35,906 nucleotides of DNA from an uncultured Gammaproteobacteria bacterium (GTDB taxonomy: Bacteria > Patescibacteriota > Microgenomatia > CAZETR01 > Amesbacteraceae): the NCBI GenBank assembly GCA_964356705.1, contig CAYHIN010000005.1, forward strand, positions 1-35,906, read 5' to 3'. Of this stretch, positions 34,396-35,906 are shown piece by piece. A model generated the notes under the pieces. It saw only the letters and a program-made list of their open reading frames with translations, was not told the origin of the DNA and searched no databases. The position numbers and the translations under genes were made by a program. Position 1 is the first letter of the stretch. Every line of letters begins with the position of its first letter.

Positions 34396-35898
34396 AGACC
34401 GGTCCTCAAAATTGCATTCATCCCAAATAATCAAAAATGTTGTCCCCCCCAGAGTTTCTACCTTTTTCATCTGACACATGTTACCCAACACAAAAAACGC
34501 CTGTCTTTTAGAATCGTAAAATGGACTTGTGTTCAAATCAGCCATATATACAAATTTTTTCAACCCACTCTCGGCCAACCTAGTTCGCACCTGGTCCAGA
34601 CTCAATTTCCGAGCTCTTAAGTCCAATCCCTCAAGACCCAATACTCTCTTTGTTATATTATGAGCTCTTGTAGAGCCTACAATGTCATAGATATTCACAC
34701 CAGCTGCTCCCTCTATTTCAGTTCTTTGAATCAAAAAAACCACACTAAAATTCGGGTGCTCACTAATAAATCCAGCCCCAGGACCAACATCAGATATAGT
34801 CTGCGCCAGCTTATCGCTAAACCAACCCGGGTCATAAGTCAAAACCCCAGCCGCACCCGATACAAAAAAGATAAAGATGCTCCACGCTACGGCTTTTTTT
34901 CCCAGTTTATTTCTCGCCCACACATTCTGCAGTCCCATCCCAATAACTAAACATCCAATAAAATACAAAGGCACTGCATATCTAACCAGGATAAATCCCC
35001 GCATTCCCACGTACATCAAAAGTAGCGTCAATCCCCCAACTACAATCCATATCCATCGGGCCACGTTCTTTTGTTTTCTTCGAGCGATCAAGCGGGTCGC
35101 GCCTATTATAAACCAGGTGACAAGCACGACGAGAATCGCATCCCCAGCCCAATCTGAAAATGGTCTACCAATAAAGAAAGCCTGAAAGCCAGAAAAAACA
35201 CTACTCTCTCTACTTACTGTCCAGCCAAATCTAGTGACATTGTTTATTGTCTGTTTCCAACCAACAGCCAGGACCACTAGTAACACGGACCCAAGAAAAG
35301 TAAGTCCTCGGCCTAAATATTTTTTGTCTCTATTGATCCACCACTGAAGTCCCATAAGTACGACCAAAACTGCCGAGTATCTATAGTCAAACCAAATAAT
35401 CACCATAGACAGCACCGCCCACAATATCTCTTGTTTTAGATTAAGCTTTTGCTCCCAAGACAATATCCATATCCAAAACCACCACAACCATACTGGAACC
35501 GTTACTACTCCCTGTTTTACGTCCATGCCACTCCACAAGTATCCATATGAGGTCAAAAAAACAATTATTCCCAGTCGAAATTCCTCCCAGTTGCGGACAT
35601 TCCGAACTGCCCAAATTACCCCCCCCACTAATAGCACTTCAGAAACAAACAACAAGGACAATCGTGTCACAAGTGGATTATCAACAGGGAAAAGTTTCAA
35701 CAAAAAATAAAACCCAGGCGGGTGCGGCTCAGATGAGACCGTGTCCAAAAGCATCTCAATACCTTGTTTACTAATATTGGCAACGATTGCTTCGTCATAC
35801 CAATAATCAGTATCTCTCCCCACCAAAACCCCAACCCTAAGCACAAACCCCCAAAGCAATACAAATACCAAAAGTTTATTCATCCGTGCGGTATTCAT
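34321..35898 (-). CDS. GT-C (family 39/PMT_2-like) glycosyltransferase
   Basis: YWYDEA, EPHPPGFY and RY motifs with many TM segments. Start is 35898 or 35883, at the window edge. Confidence 0.75.
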   Translation of the reverse strand: MNTARMNKLLVFVLLWGFVLRVGVLVGRDTDYWYDEAIVANISKQGIEMLLDTVSSEPHPPGFYFLLKLFPVDNPLVTRLSLLFVSEVLLVGGVIWAVRNVRNWEEFRLGIIVFLTSYGYLWSGMDVKQGVVTVPVWLWWFWIWILSWEQKLNLKQEILWAVLSMVIIWFDYRYSAVLVVLMGLQWWINRDKKYLGRGLTFLGSVLLVVLAVGWKQTINNVTRFGWTVSRESSVFSGFQAFFIGRPFSDWAGDAILVVLVTWFIIGATRLIARRKQKNVARWIWIVVGGLTLLLMYVGMRGFILVRYAVPLYFIGCLVIGMGLQNVWARNKLGKKAVAWSIFIFFVSGAAGVLTYDPGWFSDKLAQTISDVGPGAGFISEHPNFSVVFLIQRTEIEGAAGVNIYDIVGSTRAHNITKRVLGLEGLDLRARKLSLDQVRTRLAESGLKKFVYMADLNTSPFYDSKRQAFFVLGNMCQMKKVETLGGTTFLIIWDECNFEDRSLPDPIPVYEKGSDKDEREKKGQRY

Positions 35899-35906
35899 TG
35901 TACAAA

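Noticed and set aside
1-35906. Alternative genetic code (TGA read as Gly/Trp)
   Set aside because: Conserved genes such as rpoD, csoR and DUF2200 end at TGA at their expected lengths.

Overview
Bacterial chromosomal window read with genetic code 11. It most likely comes from a Patescibacteria/CPR (Microgenomates-like) genome; this is an inference from gene content (DUF5667- and DUF4012-like proteins, short RpoD, PT-rich tails). From left to right: (1) a TasA/CalY-like plus SipW signal-peptidase fibre operon (1-2897); (2) a double-Nudix gene, a deleted glyoxalase remnant and a ~140-nt strongly folded intergenic element; (3) a beta-CASP nuclease, an ABC exporter and a csoR/DsbD-cupredoxin/copZ/copA copper operon with a visible promoter and operator; (4) a long accessory tract (~11.2-27.3 kb) of small stress/resistance-type genes, a 1265-aa internally duplicated surface protein, a Fic-MerR fusion, a lone sufB carrying a 359-aa LAGLIDADG intein, several gene remnants, a 23-bp direct repeat and rhuM, ending at tRNA-Asn(GTT); (5) core-like genes (matrixin, DUF378, rpoD, dnaG, DUF4012, two GT-C glycosyltransferases). 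The clearest unannotated pattern is that at least nine accessory ORFs each carry an identical TGN-TAnnnT-N6-start architecture, suggesting self-contained leaderless expression cassettes. All family calls come from motif recognition by eye; no database searches were run.
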